64,000 nt of DNA from Bacteroidota bacterium (lineage in GTDB: Bacteria; Bacteroidota; Bacteroidia; Chitinophagales; Chitinophagaceae), in assembly GCA_016868815.1 (NCBI GenBank), contig VGFQ01000013.1, positions 3,746 through 67,745 of the forward strand. Reading direction: 5' to 3'. Below the pieces are notes generated by a model. That model was not told the origin of the DNA, did no database searches, and saw nothing but the letters and a program-made list of their open reading frames with translations. Each line of letters opens with the position of its first letter. The stretch's first letter is position 1. Both the position numbers and the translations under genes were made by a program. Shown here piece by piece: positions 8,410 through 17,371 of this stretch.

Positions 8410-10287
8410 TCATTCGACCGTATCCAGCTCTATGCGGAGGTTGGAGACGATGAATTCCTGTCGTTCGGGCGTATTCTTTCCCATGTAATATTCGAGCAGG
8501 TGTTGGAGTTGCGCATGTTGCTCGAGAAATACCGGCTGCTTGCGGATATCTGGGCCGATGAATCGTTTGAATTCGTCGGGGGAGATCTCTCCCAGTCCTT
8601 TAAAGCGGGTAATCTCTACCTTGGCACCCAGCCGGGAGACGGCGCTGCGCTTTTCCGTCTCAGAGTAACAATAGACGGTCTCCTGCTTATTGCGGACGCG
8701 GAAGAGGGGTGTCTCGAGAATGTACACATGACCGTCTCTGACCAGGTCTGGGAAAAATTGCAGGAAGAAGGTCATGAGCAAAAGGCGGATGTGCATCCCG
8801 TCGACGTCTGCGTCAGTGGCGATGATGATGTTGCTATAGCGCAGGCCTTCGGTGCCTTCTTCAATGTTGAGAGCATGCTGTAGTAGGTTGAATTCTTCAT
8901 TCTCGTAGACGATCTTCTTGGTGAGTCCGAAGCAGTTGAGGGGCTTCCCTCGGAGGGAGAAGACAGCCTGCGTCTCCACATCGCGGGACTTGGTGATGGA
9001 GCCACTGGCGGAGTCTCCTTCGGTGATGAAGATGGTTGTCTGCAGCTGTTTACTGACGTATTCCTCCCTGCCTCGGACCGGCGGCTCATCATTGAGGTGC
9101 ATGCGGCAGTCGCGCAGTTTTTTGTTGTGCAGGTTGGCCTTTTTGGCGCGCTCGTTGGCGAGCTTCTTGATGCCGGCCAGTTCCTTTCGCTCACGTTCGC
9201 TCTGTTCGATGCGGCGCTTAAGGGCTTCTGCGACCGACGGGTTCTTGTGGAGGTAGTTGTCGAGCTCCCTGCCGAGGAATTCGGAGAGGAAGTTCTTCAT
9301 GCTGGGGCCGCCTTCATAGACGGTCTGCGAGCCCAACTTCGTCTTAGTCTGTGATTCGAAGACAGGCTCCTGTACCCTGACAGAGATGGCGGCTACGATG
9401 CTTTGCCGGATATCGGAAGTGTCGTAATCTTTCTTGAAGAATTCTCGTACGGTGCGGACGAAGGCTTCCCGGAAGGCAGCCACATGGGTGCCACCCTGGG
9501 TGGTATGCTGGCCGTTGACGAAGCTGTATAGGTCTTCTCCGTAGTCGTTGTTATGGGTAAAGGCGACTTCTATATCCTCCCCCCGCAGGTGGACGATGGG
9601 ATAGCGGATATCTTCTTCATTGGTCTTGCGCTGCAGCAGGTCGAGCAGGCCGTTCTTACTGACGAACTTCTTGCCGTTGTACTGGATCACGAGTCCGGCG
9701 TTGAGGTAGCAGTAGTTCCACAGCTGGTTCTCGACAAATTCCGGTATAAAATGAAAATGGCGGAAGACGCTGTCGTCCGGGATGAAGGTGACGAGGGTGC
9801 CGTTGTTTTCGTCTGTTCGGTTCTCGCGGTGGTCTTTGAGGAGGATTCCTTTTTCAAATTCAGCCGACTTCGCCTTGCCTTCCCGGAAGGAGGTGACTTT
9901 GAAGTAATGACTCAGGGCATTGACGGCCTTGGTGCCGACGCCGTTGAGGCCGACACTTTTTTGAAAGGCCTTGCTGTCGTACTTGGCGCCGGTGTTGATG
10001 CGGCTGACGACTTCTACGACTTTCCCGAGGGGGATGCCACGTCCGTAGTCACGGATGGTTATGGTGCGGTCTGAGATGGTCAGGTCTATCTGCTTGCCGA
10101 AGCCCATCGTGTGCTCGTCGATGCAGTTGTCCATGACTTCTTTGAGAAGCACATAGATGCCATCATCGGCCGAGCTTCCATCACCCAGCTTTCCGATGTA
10201 CATGCCTGGCCGGAGACGGATATGTTCCCTCCAATCCAGGCTGCGAATGGAGTCTTCCGTATACTCAAACAACTTCTCCGTGGCCAT
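8410..10287 (-). CDS. parE: DNA topoisomerase IV subunit B
   Basis: [34 protein letters not shown] (GHKL ATPase) and TOPRIM motifs [15 protein letters not shown] and TRFKGLGE. Confidence 0.93.
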   Translation of the reverse strand: MATEKLFEYTEDSIRSLDWREHIRLRPGMYIGKLGDGSSADDGIYVLLKEVMDNCIDEHTMGFGKQIDLTISDRTITIRDYGRGIPLGKVVEVVSRINTGAKYDSKAFQKSVGLNGVGTKAVNALSHYFKVTSFREGKAKSAEFEKGILLKDHRENRTDENNGTLVTFIPDDSVFRHFHFIPEFVENQLWNYCYLNAGLVIQYNGKKFVSKNGLLDLLQRKTNEEDIRYPIVHLRGEDIEVAFTHNNDYGEDLYSFVNGQHTTQGGTHVAAFREAFVRTVREFFKKDYDTSDIRQSIVAAISVRVQEPVFESQTKTKLGSQTVYEGGPSMKNFLSEFLGRELDNYLHKNPSVAEALKRRIEQSERERKELAGIKKLANERAKKANLHNKKLRDCRMHLNDEPPVRGREEYVSKQLQTTIFITEGDSASGSITKSRDVETQAVFSLRGKPLNCFGLTKKIVYENEEFNLLQHALNIEEGTEGLRYSNIIIATDADVDGMHIRLLLMTFFLQFFPDLVRDGHVYILETPLFRVRNKQETVYCYSETEKRSAVSRLGAKVEITRFKGLGEISPDEFKRFIGPDIRKQPVFLEQHAQLQHLLEYYMGKNTPERQEFIVSNLRIELDTVE

Positions 10288-10333
10288 TCTTCATCTCTTT
10301 TCCCGATGATATGCCTTTGCAGGCTGACTGCCG

Positions 10334-10341
10334 CAAAGCTA
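10334..10341 (-). promoter_or_regulatory. -7 promoter box upstream of parE
   Basis: The minus strand reads TAGCTTTG (TAnnTTTG) about 50 nt upstream of the parE start. Confidence 0.55.
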
Positions 10342-10481
10342 AGCAACGAAACATTCCGGCTTGTGTGTAAAGATACGGCTTTGCGAGGGGCGCTCCTGTT
10401 GGGTTGCCTCCCTGCGTACGATAAAAGACCTGTTATTTTTTCCGAAATAAGCCGGATATTTGCAAGTATAATGCATGAATT

Positions 10482-10658
10482 ATGGATAAGAGAATCTATA
10501 CCCTCCTTTTCATCTTTGTCATCTATTTCCTAATTGCCATCGGGATGCTCTTCTTCGCCCCGGTGCAGCAGTTCCTCACCGCCATGCTCTTTGGCCTGAC
10601 CGGCTTGCTGTTGTTTTTCGGGGCTTTTGGCCTCTGGCTGCTAGAGCGGAGGGATTAA
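10482..10658 (+). CDS. 58-aa small membrane protein with two hydrophobic helices (not in the ORF track)
   Basis: Hand translation: MDKRIYTLLFIFVIYFLIAIGMLFFAPVQQFLTAMLFGLTGLLLFFGAFGLWLLERRD. It is followed by a terminator-like hairpin. Confidence 0.65.
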   Translation: MDKRIYTLLFIFVIYFLIAIGMLFFAPVQQFLTAMLFGLTGLLLFFGAFGLWLLERRD

Positions 10659-10684
10659 CTTCATTGGGCATTTGCCTGACATGT

Positions 10685-10725
10685 AGAGGCCCCGCGGCAG
10701 TCAGCTGACTGCCTGCGGGGCCTCT
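10685..10725. terminator. GC-rich hairpin between convergent genes (probable bidirectional terminator)
   Basis: AGAGGCCCCGCGGCAGTCAG-CTGACTGCCTGCGGGGCCTCT is a near-perfect palindrome followed by TATTT. Confidence 0.75.
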
Positions 10726-10750
10726 TATTTAATGATTGCGGCGTTCGGGC

Positions 10751-12178
10751 TTAGAGGCTAAGGCTCCAGCCCTCACGGTATTCGCGGCGGACGTATTGGT
10801 TGGCTTCTTCGAAGTTGGTGATGCGCATCTTGTCTGCATCCCAGAGAAGCTTTTTGCGGCCAAGGTATTTGTCGTCCCAGCCTTTGAGTTTGGGATTCTT
10901 GATATAATAGCTCCGCAGTGCCAAGTTGCCGATGAGGATACTCTCGGTGAAGGGCCCGGCGAATTCGAAGGGCGAGCTGGTGACTCCTTTCCCATAGCCT
11001 TCGATGCAGGCGTTGACCCATTGCACATAGTGTCCTTCGGGGACGCGTGCCAGACTTTCTTTCGGTAGGTTGGTGGTCGCCATGAGCTTTGTGGGTAGGA
11101 GTCTAGGATTGGCACCATAGCAGTCGGCCAGCAGCTTTCCCTTGGTTCCTTCGAAGAGGACGCCGCCGTCCCAGTTGCCGAAGGCTTCTTCGGGCAACAG
11201 CTCGGCGGGGCGCATGGGCAGCAGGCCTCCATCGTACCAAGACACGTGAATATTCTTGCCGTTGTCTTTCCGTGGATAGGTCAGGTGGATGATGGAGGAT
11301 GGCGGGCAGCTATCGGGGTTGGGGGTATCATTCCACATCTCTCTCCAGAGGGTGGCGACGCTGGCCTCTACTTCGGTGGGGTAGTCGATCGGCAGGCAAC
11401 GGAAGACAGGATCCATGATATGGCAGGCCATGTCGCCCAGGGAGCCGGTACCGAAGGCCCACCAGCCGCGCCAGTTGAAGGGCAGGTAGGAAGGGTTGAA
11501 GTCTATCAATTTAGCAGGCCCGATCCATAGATCCCAGTTGAGGTCTGCGGGTATGTCGTGCTTGCCGGAGGGGGTAGGCAGCCCTTGGGGCCATACGGGG
11601 CGGTTCGTCCAGCACTGGACAGAGGTCACTTCACCGATCAGTCCGATGAGTTCCTGGGTACGTCGCACTCCGTCGCCGGAGCCTCCCTGGTTGCCCATTT
11701 GTGTGATGACTTTATACTTCTTTGCTGCCTGCGTGAGGATGCGGGCTTCGTAGATGTCATGCGTCATAGGCTTCTGCAGGTAGACGTGCTTGCCGAGCTG
11801 CATGGCAGCCAGGGCGGCGACGGCATGGGTATTGTCGGGCGTGGAGACGGTGACGGCGTCGATGGTATCCTTGTGTTTGGAGAGCATCTCGCGGAAGTCT
11901 TTGTATACTGCGGCCTTGGGGAAGTTCTTCACAGAGGTACCGATCTGGCGGTGGTCAACGTCGGCGAAGGCTACAATGTTGGCCTTCGGACTCTTGGCGC
12001 ACTCTGCGAGGTCGCTGGCCCCTTTGCCGCCGGCGCCGATGCCGGCAATGTTCAGCTTGTCACTGGGAGCGATGTGACCTTTCCCGAGGACGTGGCGTGG
12101 CACGATGCTGAATGCAGCAAGGCCCATTGATGCGTCCCGGATGAAATGGCGGCGGGGGTAGTTTTTTTTCTTCGACAT
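10751..12178 (-). CDS. Gfo/Idh/MocA family NAD-dependent oxidoreductase, Tat signal
   Basis: RRHFI twin-arginine leader, GIGAGGKG, VSTPDNTHA, KHVYLQKPM and GDMACH. Confidence 0.9.
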   Translation of the reverse strand: MSKKKNYPRRHFIRDASMGLAAFSIVPRHVLGKGHIAPSDKLNIAGIGAGGKGASDLAECAKSPKANIVAFADVDHRQIGTSVKNFPKAAVYKDFREMLSKHKDTIDAVTVSTPDNTHAVAALAAMQLGKHVYLQKPMTHDIYEARILTQAAKKYKVITQMGNQGGSGDGVRRTQELIGLIGEVTSVQCWTNRPVWPQGLPTPSGKHDIPADLNWDLWIGPAKLIDFNPSYLPFNWRGWWAFGTGSLGDMACHIMDPVFRCLPIDYPTEVEASVATLWREMWNDTPNPDSCPPSSIIHLTYPRKDNGKNIHVSWYDGGLLPMRPAELLPEEAFGNWDGGVLFEGTKGKLLADCYGANPRLLPTKLMATTNLPKESLARVPEGHYVQWVNACIEGYGKGVTSSPFEFAGPFTESILIGNLALRSYYIKNPKLKGWDDKYLGRKKLLWDADKMRITNFEEANQYVRREYREGWSLSL

Positions 12179-12225
12179 GGCGTGGGTTGTTTGGGTCTAT
12201 GAAGGATCTGTTGTTCAGCTGTGCA

Positions 12226-12906
12226 TCAGGAGTCGTAGCGGACGCATTCCCGTTCATCTTTCTCGTCGTAGGCGAGGCCATATTGGGCGAGGACTTCCTT
12301 GGGTGCACCGTTCCACTGGTTGGGGGCATTGCCGACATAGCCAATGTCTTTATTGCCCATCTGCGTGGAGTAGAAGCCAGAGGCGGTGAGGTTGCGCATG
12401 AGGTTAAAGAAAGCGACACCTTGTGAGACTTCCGGTTTTGCCTTCTTTGGATATGCGATCTCTTCGACAATCGAGATACGCTGCTCTGCAACTAGGTCGG
12501 TGAAGGGCTTCTCAAAGCGACGGTGGCTGTGGAGGTCGAGCCATCGAAGGCCTCCCCGCATAGGCGTCTGGTGGTCCGGCATGTCTTTCACGATAAACTC
12601 TATGAAGGCTGGAACGCCCGCGTCGGTAGCGCTGCCGCTGACTTCATCTTTCGGGATGATGATGTCGGCCAAAATAGCGATGGTCGCCATCTCATGCACA
12701 TCGAAGAAGGTTTCTGCGGACAGTTTCTGGTAGTGGGCGATCTCTTCTGGCTGACGGTCTACGCCGGGAGTGGCACCGCCGTTGGTGTCGGCCGTTGCGG
12801 GGCTTCCTTTGGAGGCAGGGGGGGTGCCTGGCTTGCAGGCGTCGAGCAGCGTGGCTGCCCCGAAGGAGCCGATGGCGAGTGTCTTGAGGGTCTCTCTCCT
12901 ATCCAT
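12226..12906 (-). CDS. Gluconate 2-dehydrogenase subunit 3 family protein (Tat partner of the GMC enzyme)
   Basis: MDRRETLK Tat leader, LADIIIPKD...SATDAGVPAFIEF and GFYST...IGYVGN. Confidence 0.88.
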   Translation of the reverse strand: MDRRETLKTLAIGSFGAATLLDACKPGTPPASKGSPATADTNGGATPGVDRQPEEIAHYQKLSAETFFDVHEMATIAILADIIIPKDEVSGSATDAGVPAFIEFIVKDMPDHQTPMRGGLRWLDLHSHRRFEKPFTDLVAEQRISIVEEIAYPKKAKPEVSQGVAFFNLMRNLTASGFYSTQMGNKDIGYVGNAPNQWNGAPKEVLAQYGLAYDEKDERECVRYDS

Positions 12907-12936
12907 GGGTTCTTGCTTTTGGTGGTGGGGGCTTTG

Positions 12937-14673
12937 TCAGATGTTTTTGCGTTTCATCTCGTCTACGATATATTCAGAGGCACGCATGGAAAGCGCCAGG
13001 ATGGTCCAGGTGATGTTCTTATCAGCCTGCGAGACGAAAGGACCTCCGTCGACGACGAATAGGTTCTTACAGTCGTGCGCCTGATTCCATTTGTTGAGGG
13101 CGGAGCGTTTAGGATCATTGCCCATGCGGACAGTGCCTGCCTCGTGAATGATCTTGCCGGGCGACTCCAGCCCGTAGTTGCTGTCAGCCCCGTCGTCGCC
13201 CCAGGTGATGACGGCGCCCATGGCATGCATCATCTCGCGGAAGGTCTCCTTCATATGCCTTGCCTGCTTGATTTCATGCTCGGTATGCTTCACATGGAAG
13301 CGGAGGACTGGGATGCCGTATTTGTCCACAACCTCGGGGTCTATCTCGCAGTAGTTGGACTCCAGCGCAATGGCTTCGCCCCGGCCGGCCATGCCGACGC
13401 CGGCACCGAAGAAATAGCGGTAGTCCTCTTTTAGGGAGGCTCCGTAGCCGCCGGATTCTTTCTTTTGTCCATTGACTGGGAAACTGCCGTTGAGGCCTTC
13501 CATCCCCCAGCCGAAGCCGTAGGCGGGCTGGCTCATGCCGCCCCAATATTCGATATGATAGCCACGGGGGAAGTCTAGCTTCTTGTTGTCACCCCACCAA
13601 GGAGAGTAGACATGCATGCCCCCGACGCCGTCTTCGTTGTAGCGCTTGCGTCCGAAGAGTTGAGGCAGGATGCCACCCATGGCGGCACCGGTGGAGTCGT
13701 GCAGGTATTTGCCGACGACGTTACTGTTGTTGGCAAGCCCGTTGGGGTGGCGGGCGGATTTGGAGTTCAGCAGCAGACGGGCCGACTCGCAGGCGCTGGC
13801 GGCCAGCACAACGGTACGGCCGAAGACCTGGTATTCGGCCATGTCTGTCTTGCTGACATAGGAGACACCGATGGCAAGTCCTTCCTTATTGGTCAGTACT
13901 TCACGAGCCATGGCATGCGGGATGACATCGACGTTGCCCGTCTTCAGGGCCGGCTTGACCAGGACGGAGGATGCGGAGAAGTCACCATAGACGGTGCAGC
14001 CACGATTACACTGAGCACAGTAGTAGCATTGTCCGCGTTCGTCGTTAATCGGCTTGGTGAGGACCGAGAGTCGGGAGGGGATGACAGGTACGCCTGCTTT
14101 TCGGCCGGCGTTCCGGATCATCAACTCATGCAGCCTTGGCTTGGGGGGTGGCAGGAAAATGCCGTCGGGGTCATTCTCGAGTCCTTCGTTGGTGCCGAAG
14201 ACGCCGATGAGCTGGTCGATGCGGTCGTAGTAGGGCTTCACATCTTCATATCCGATAGGCCAGTCGTCTCCCAGGCCATCGATGCTGCGCCGTTTGAAGT
14301 CCTTCGGCCCAAAACGAAGGGAGATACGGCCCCAGTGGTTGGTACGTCCTCCGAGCATGCGTGCCCGCCACCAGTCCCACTTGGTACCCTGGGTGGTGGT
14401 ATATGGTTCTCCATCTATCTGCCAACCCCAGTAGCTGGCGTCGAAGTCGCCGAAGGGCCGGAAGCGGGTGCTAGCGCCACGCCGGGGCGAATCCCATGGG
14501 TTCTTGAGCTGTGTGACATTTTTTGCAGGATCGTAGAGAGGGCCTGCCTCGAGGAGGCATACTTTGAGGCCAGCCTTCGAGAGCATATAGGCTGCCATGC
14601 CGCCTCCGGCTCCGGATCCCACGATGATGGCATCGTATTCTTTCTGCTGTTTCTTTACTGAGAAGTCGGGCAT
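12937..14673 (-). CDS. GMC family FAD oxidoreductase
   Basis: IIVGSGAGG FAD motif, GGRTNHWG, C-x2-C-x3-C cluster (CYYCAQCNRGC) and HEAGTVRMG...VVDG. The start was moved from the track's 15063 to ATG 14673 (MPDFSVKK). Confidence 0.9.
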   Translation of the reverse strand: MPDFSVKKQQKEYDAIIVGSGAGGGMAAYMLSKAGLKVCLLEAGPLYDPAKNVTQLKNPWDSPRRGASTRFRPFGDFDASYWGWQIDGEPYTTTQGTKWDWWRARMLGGRTNHWGRISLRFGPKDFKRRSIDGLGDDWPIGYEDVKPYYDRIDQLIGVFGTNEGLENDPDGIFLPPPKPRLHELMIRNAGRKAGVPVIPSRLSVLTKPINDERGQCYYCAQCNRGCTVYGDFSASSVLVKPALKTGNVDVIPHAMAREVLTNKEGLAIGVSYVSKTDMAEYQVFGRTVVLAASACESARLLLNSKSARHPNGLANNSNVVGKYLHDSTGAAMGGILPQLFGRKRYNEDGVGGMHVYSPWWGDNKKLDFPRGYHIEYWGGMSQPAYGFGWGMEGLNGSFPVNGQKKESGGYGASLKEDYRYFFGAGVGMAGRGEAIALESNYCEIDPEVVDKYGIPVLRFHVKHTEHEIKQARHMKETFREMMHAMGAVITWGDDGADSNYGLESPGKIIHEAGTVRMGNDPKRSALNKWNQAHDCKNLFVVDGGPFVSQADKNITWTILALSMRASEYIVDEMKRKNI

Positions 14674-15004
14674 GCTAGACCGTGTTTGATGGTTCAAAAT
14701 TGAGCCAACAAAATAGGGAAATTGCATGGAAAGCTGATCGACTGTAGAAGTCCTTTGGCAGATTCTGCTGGTTATAGTGCCACATGTCTGTGGTGTAGGT
14801 GGGTGAGGATGCTTCCAGCCGCCGGCATGCCGGTAGCGATGAAGGCGGGCAAGGCATTCTACTTTGGAGAACACTTTCATAAACAGGACTTGTGCACTAT
14901 TTTGTAGCTCCATAAGTTTTGTATCGAGCAACAAAAAATGCCGTCCACCGAAAAACCGTGGGTGGCGATACCTACAGACTAACCTCTTTTGAGCCGACAG
15001 TACC

Positions 15005-16141
15005 ATGGACAGCGAGCATATTTTAATTGTGAGCAGTGAATTCCCGCCCGGGCCTGGCGGCATTGGCTTTCAAGCCTATTCGCTAGCAGTGGCCCTGCAC
15101 CGCGTGGGCCGACGCGTGACGGTGCTTTGCAATGCGGATTATGCTAATGCGCTGCAGGTGTCGGCCTTTGACACGCGGGAGCCCTTCCGAATCAAGCGCT
15201 TTCGACGCAATGGAAGGCTCACTCCTCTGCTGCGTTGCCTGGACCTACTGCAGATGTTGCGAGAAGTGCGTCCGACGCATGCGATTGTGACCGGTCGGTT
15301 TCCGATCTGGATGATGCCGCTGATGGCCATGCACCGACGAGGCCCCGTAAGGCATGTCATCATACATGGGCATGAGGGGATCCTAGGCACGTCTTTCATG
15401 CGCTGGATGACGGCCCGGACGCTCCGTTTCGCCCATCAGATCTACCCAGTTTCTCAGTTCTCTGCCGGCAACCTGCCCCCCAGCCTGCCGCGGGGCATTC
15501 CCGTCCATATCATCCCCAACGGAATTGATACGGCAGCGCTGGGCAAGTATCCCCGCGATGATATCCGGGGGCGGCTCGAAGGCAACCCGGTACTGCTCAC
15601 GCTCGGCCATACTTCCCCCCGCAAAGGGCAGCATCGCGTCATCCGGGCCTTGCCCGAGCTGCAGCGCCGCTTCCCAGATATCCGCTACCATATCGTCGGT
15701 CGGGATGTCAACAACCATGGGCTCAAGCAGCTGGTCAGCGCCCTGAATGTTGAACACCTCGTACAGTTCCATCCACCCGTGTTCCCTCATGAGAACCTGG
15801 GGCTATACTACACGTCAGCAGACATCTTCATGCTCCTAAGCGAAAACCAGCCCGATGGCGATGTGGAGGGTTTTGGCATCGTTGCATTGGAGGCGAATTT
15901 TTTTGGCATACCCGTAATAGGTGCAAAGGACTGCGGTGTGGAGGATGCTATCTCGCATGGCAATTCCGGCTGTCTGGTGGATGGCGACGATGCGCAAGAG
16001 ATCTCAGACGGAGTGGCCTTCCTGCTGGAACAGACAGACATACGGAAGAGCACAGTCGCTTGGGCCTTAGCGCACGACTGGTCGCAGATTGTCAAACGAT
16101 TCCTGCCATATCTGGGAGGAAGCCTAAGAAGAATCTCATAA
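15005..16141 (+). CDS. Glycosyltransferase family 4
   Basis: SSEFPPGPGGIG, RKGQHRVIRAL and DVEGFGIVALEA (E-x7-E). Confidence 0.9.
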   Translation: MDSEHILIVSSEFPPGPGGIGFQAYSLAVALHRVGRRVTVLCNADYANALQVSAFDTREPFRIKRFRRNGRLTPLLRCLDLLQMLREVRPTHAIVTGRFPIWMMPLMAMHRRGPVRHVIIHGHEGILGTSFMRWMTARTLRFAHQIYPVSQFSAGNLPPSLPRGIPVHIIPNGIDTAALGKYPRDDIRGRLEGNPVLLTLGHTSPRKGQHRVIRALPELQRRFPDIRYHIVGRDVNNHGLKQLVSALNVEHLVQFHPPVFPHENLGLYYTSADIFMLLSENQPDGDVEGFGIVALEANFFGIPVIGAKDCGVEDAISHGNSGCLVDGDDAQEISDGVAFLLEQTDIRKSTVAWALAHDWSQIVKRFLPYLGGSLRRIS

Positions 16142-16162
16142 AAATGATTGCCCACACTCACC

Positions 16163-17365
16163 ATGAGCCACCGATTGCCTGATAGCATGCGTAAGCTCGT
16201 CGTTGTCTCGCATACCCCCCATCAGCGGGATGGGGAAGGTCGGATGGTCGGATGGGGGCCTACCGTTCGTGAGCTTGACTTTCTGGCGGGCAGCTGGGAG
16301 GAAGTAGTCCATGTGGCCTGCCTGGAGCCAGGCCCGGCGCTGGCAAGCTCCCTGCCATATACATGCAGCAATATCCGCCTGGAGCCCATCCCTATCTCTG
16401 GCGGAGAGCGTTGGCGCGAAAAGCTGACGGTGCTGACGCAGGCACCGGCCATCCTGCGGATCGTACGCCGCGCGGTCATCGGTGCGAGCCATGTCCAGAT
16501 ACGTGTGCCGATGGGCATCGGGCTCTTTCTGCTTCCCTGGTTTGCCCTACGTCGAAAAAGCCAGTATCAGCTTTGGGTCAAATATGCCAACAACTGGGGA
16601 CAGGCAGATCCTCCTCTGGGCTATGGCCTGCAACGGTGGTTTCTGCATAAAGGCTATGCTTCTTGCCCTGTCACCCTCAATGGACGATGGCCGGGGCAGC
16701 CCGCTCATTGCCTATCGTTTGAGAACCCCTGCCTCTATGATGCGGACCTCGCCGCAGGGGCTGCCACGGCCAAGGGAAAAGTCTTCCAGCCACCTTTCCG
16801 GCTGGCTTTCACCGGCCGTCTGGAGGAAGAAAAAGGAGTGAAAAGAATCCTCGATGCGCTGGACTTTCTGGGTCCGGAATGGATTGATCGGGTAGACTTC
16901 ATCGGCGACGGACCGCAGTCAGCCGGACTTCAATCCGCCGCCGCCAGGCATGGGCAACGAGTGCAGTTCCACGGCTTTCGAGCGGCATCCTTCGTGCACG
17001 AAGTGCTACAGGCAGCGCATTTCTTCGTGCTGCCGACAACCGCCTCCGAAGGGTTTCCCAAGGTCGTAGCAGAAGCGGCCTGCCATGGCTGCATCCCCGT
17101 CGTGTCGGATGTGAGCAGCCTGCCGCAATATGTCCACAACGGAGACAATGGCTTTGTGTGGTCATCGGCTTCTGGGAAGGGCTTCGAAAAAATACTGGCC
17201 CAGGCGCTGGAGACCCCGCGGGCTCAGCTGCAAGAGATGGCGATGGCAGCACACCAACTTTCTAAGCAGTTTACGATGGAGCGGTATCTGCACAGACTGA
17301 AGGCAGACGTCTTTGGAGTTGGACGGCAAAGCGCTGCGGATGATAGACGCCCAACCCATAGCTGA
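16163..17365 (+). CDS. Glycosyltransferase family 4
   Basis: GRLEEEKG and SEGFPKVVAEAACHGC. The start is uncertain (16148 TTG, 16163 or a later ATG). Confidence 0.85.
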   Translation: MSHRLPDSMRKLVVVSHTPHQRDGEGRMVGWGPTVRELDFLAGSWEEVVHVACLEPGPALASSLPYTCSNIRLEPIPISGGERWREKLTVLTQAPAILRIVRRAVIGASHVQIRVPMGIGLFLLPWFALRRKSQYQLWVKYANNWGQADPPLGYGLQRWFLHKGYASCPVTLNGRWPGQPAHCLSFENPCLYDADLAAGAATAKGKVFQPPFRLAFTGRLEEEKGVKRILDALDFLGPEWIDRVDFIGDGPQSAGLQSAAARHGQRVQFHGFRAASFVHEVLQAAHFFVLPTTASEGFPKVVAEAACHGCIPVVSDVSSLPQYVHNGDNGFVWSSASGKGFEKILAQALETPRAQLQEMAMAAHQLSKQFTMERYLHRLKADVFGVGRQSAADDRRPTHS

Positions 17366-17371
17366 TCAGAT

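Noticed and set aside
14674-15063. 130-aa N-terminal extension of the GMC ORF given in the ORF track
   Set aside because: Composition is non-protein-like, it overlaps the divergent GT4 start, and homology begins at MPDFSVKK (14673).
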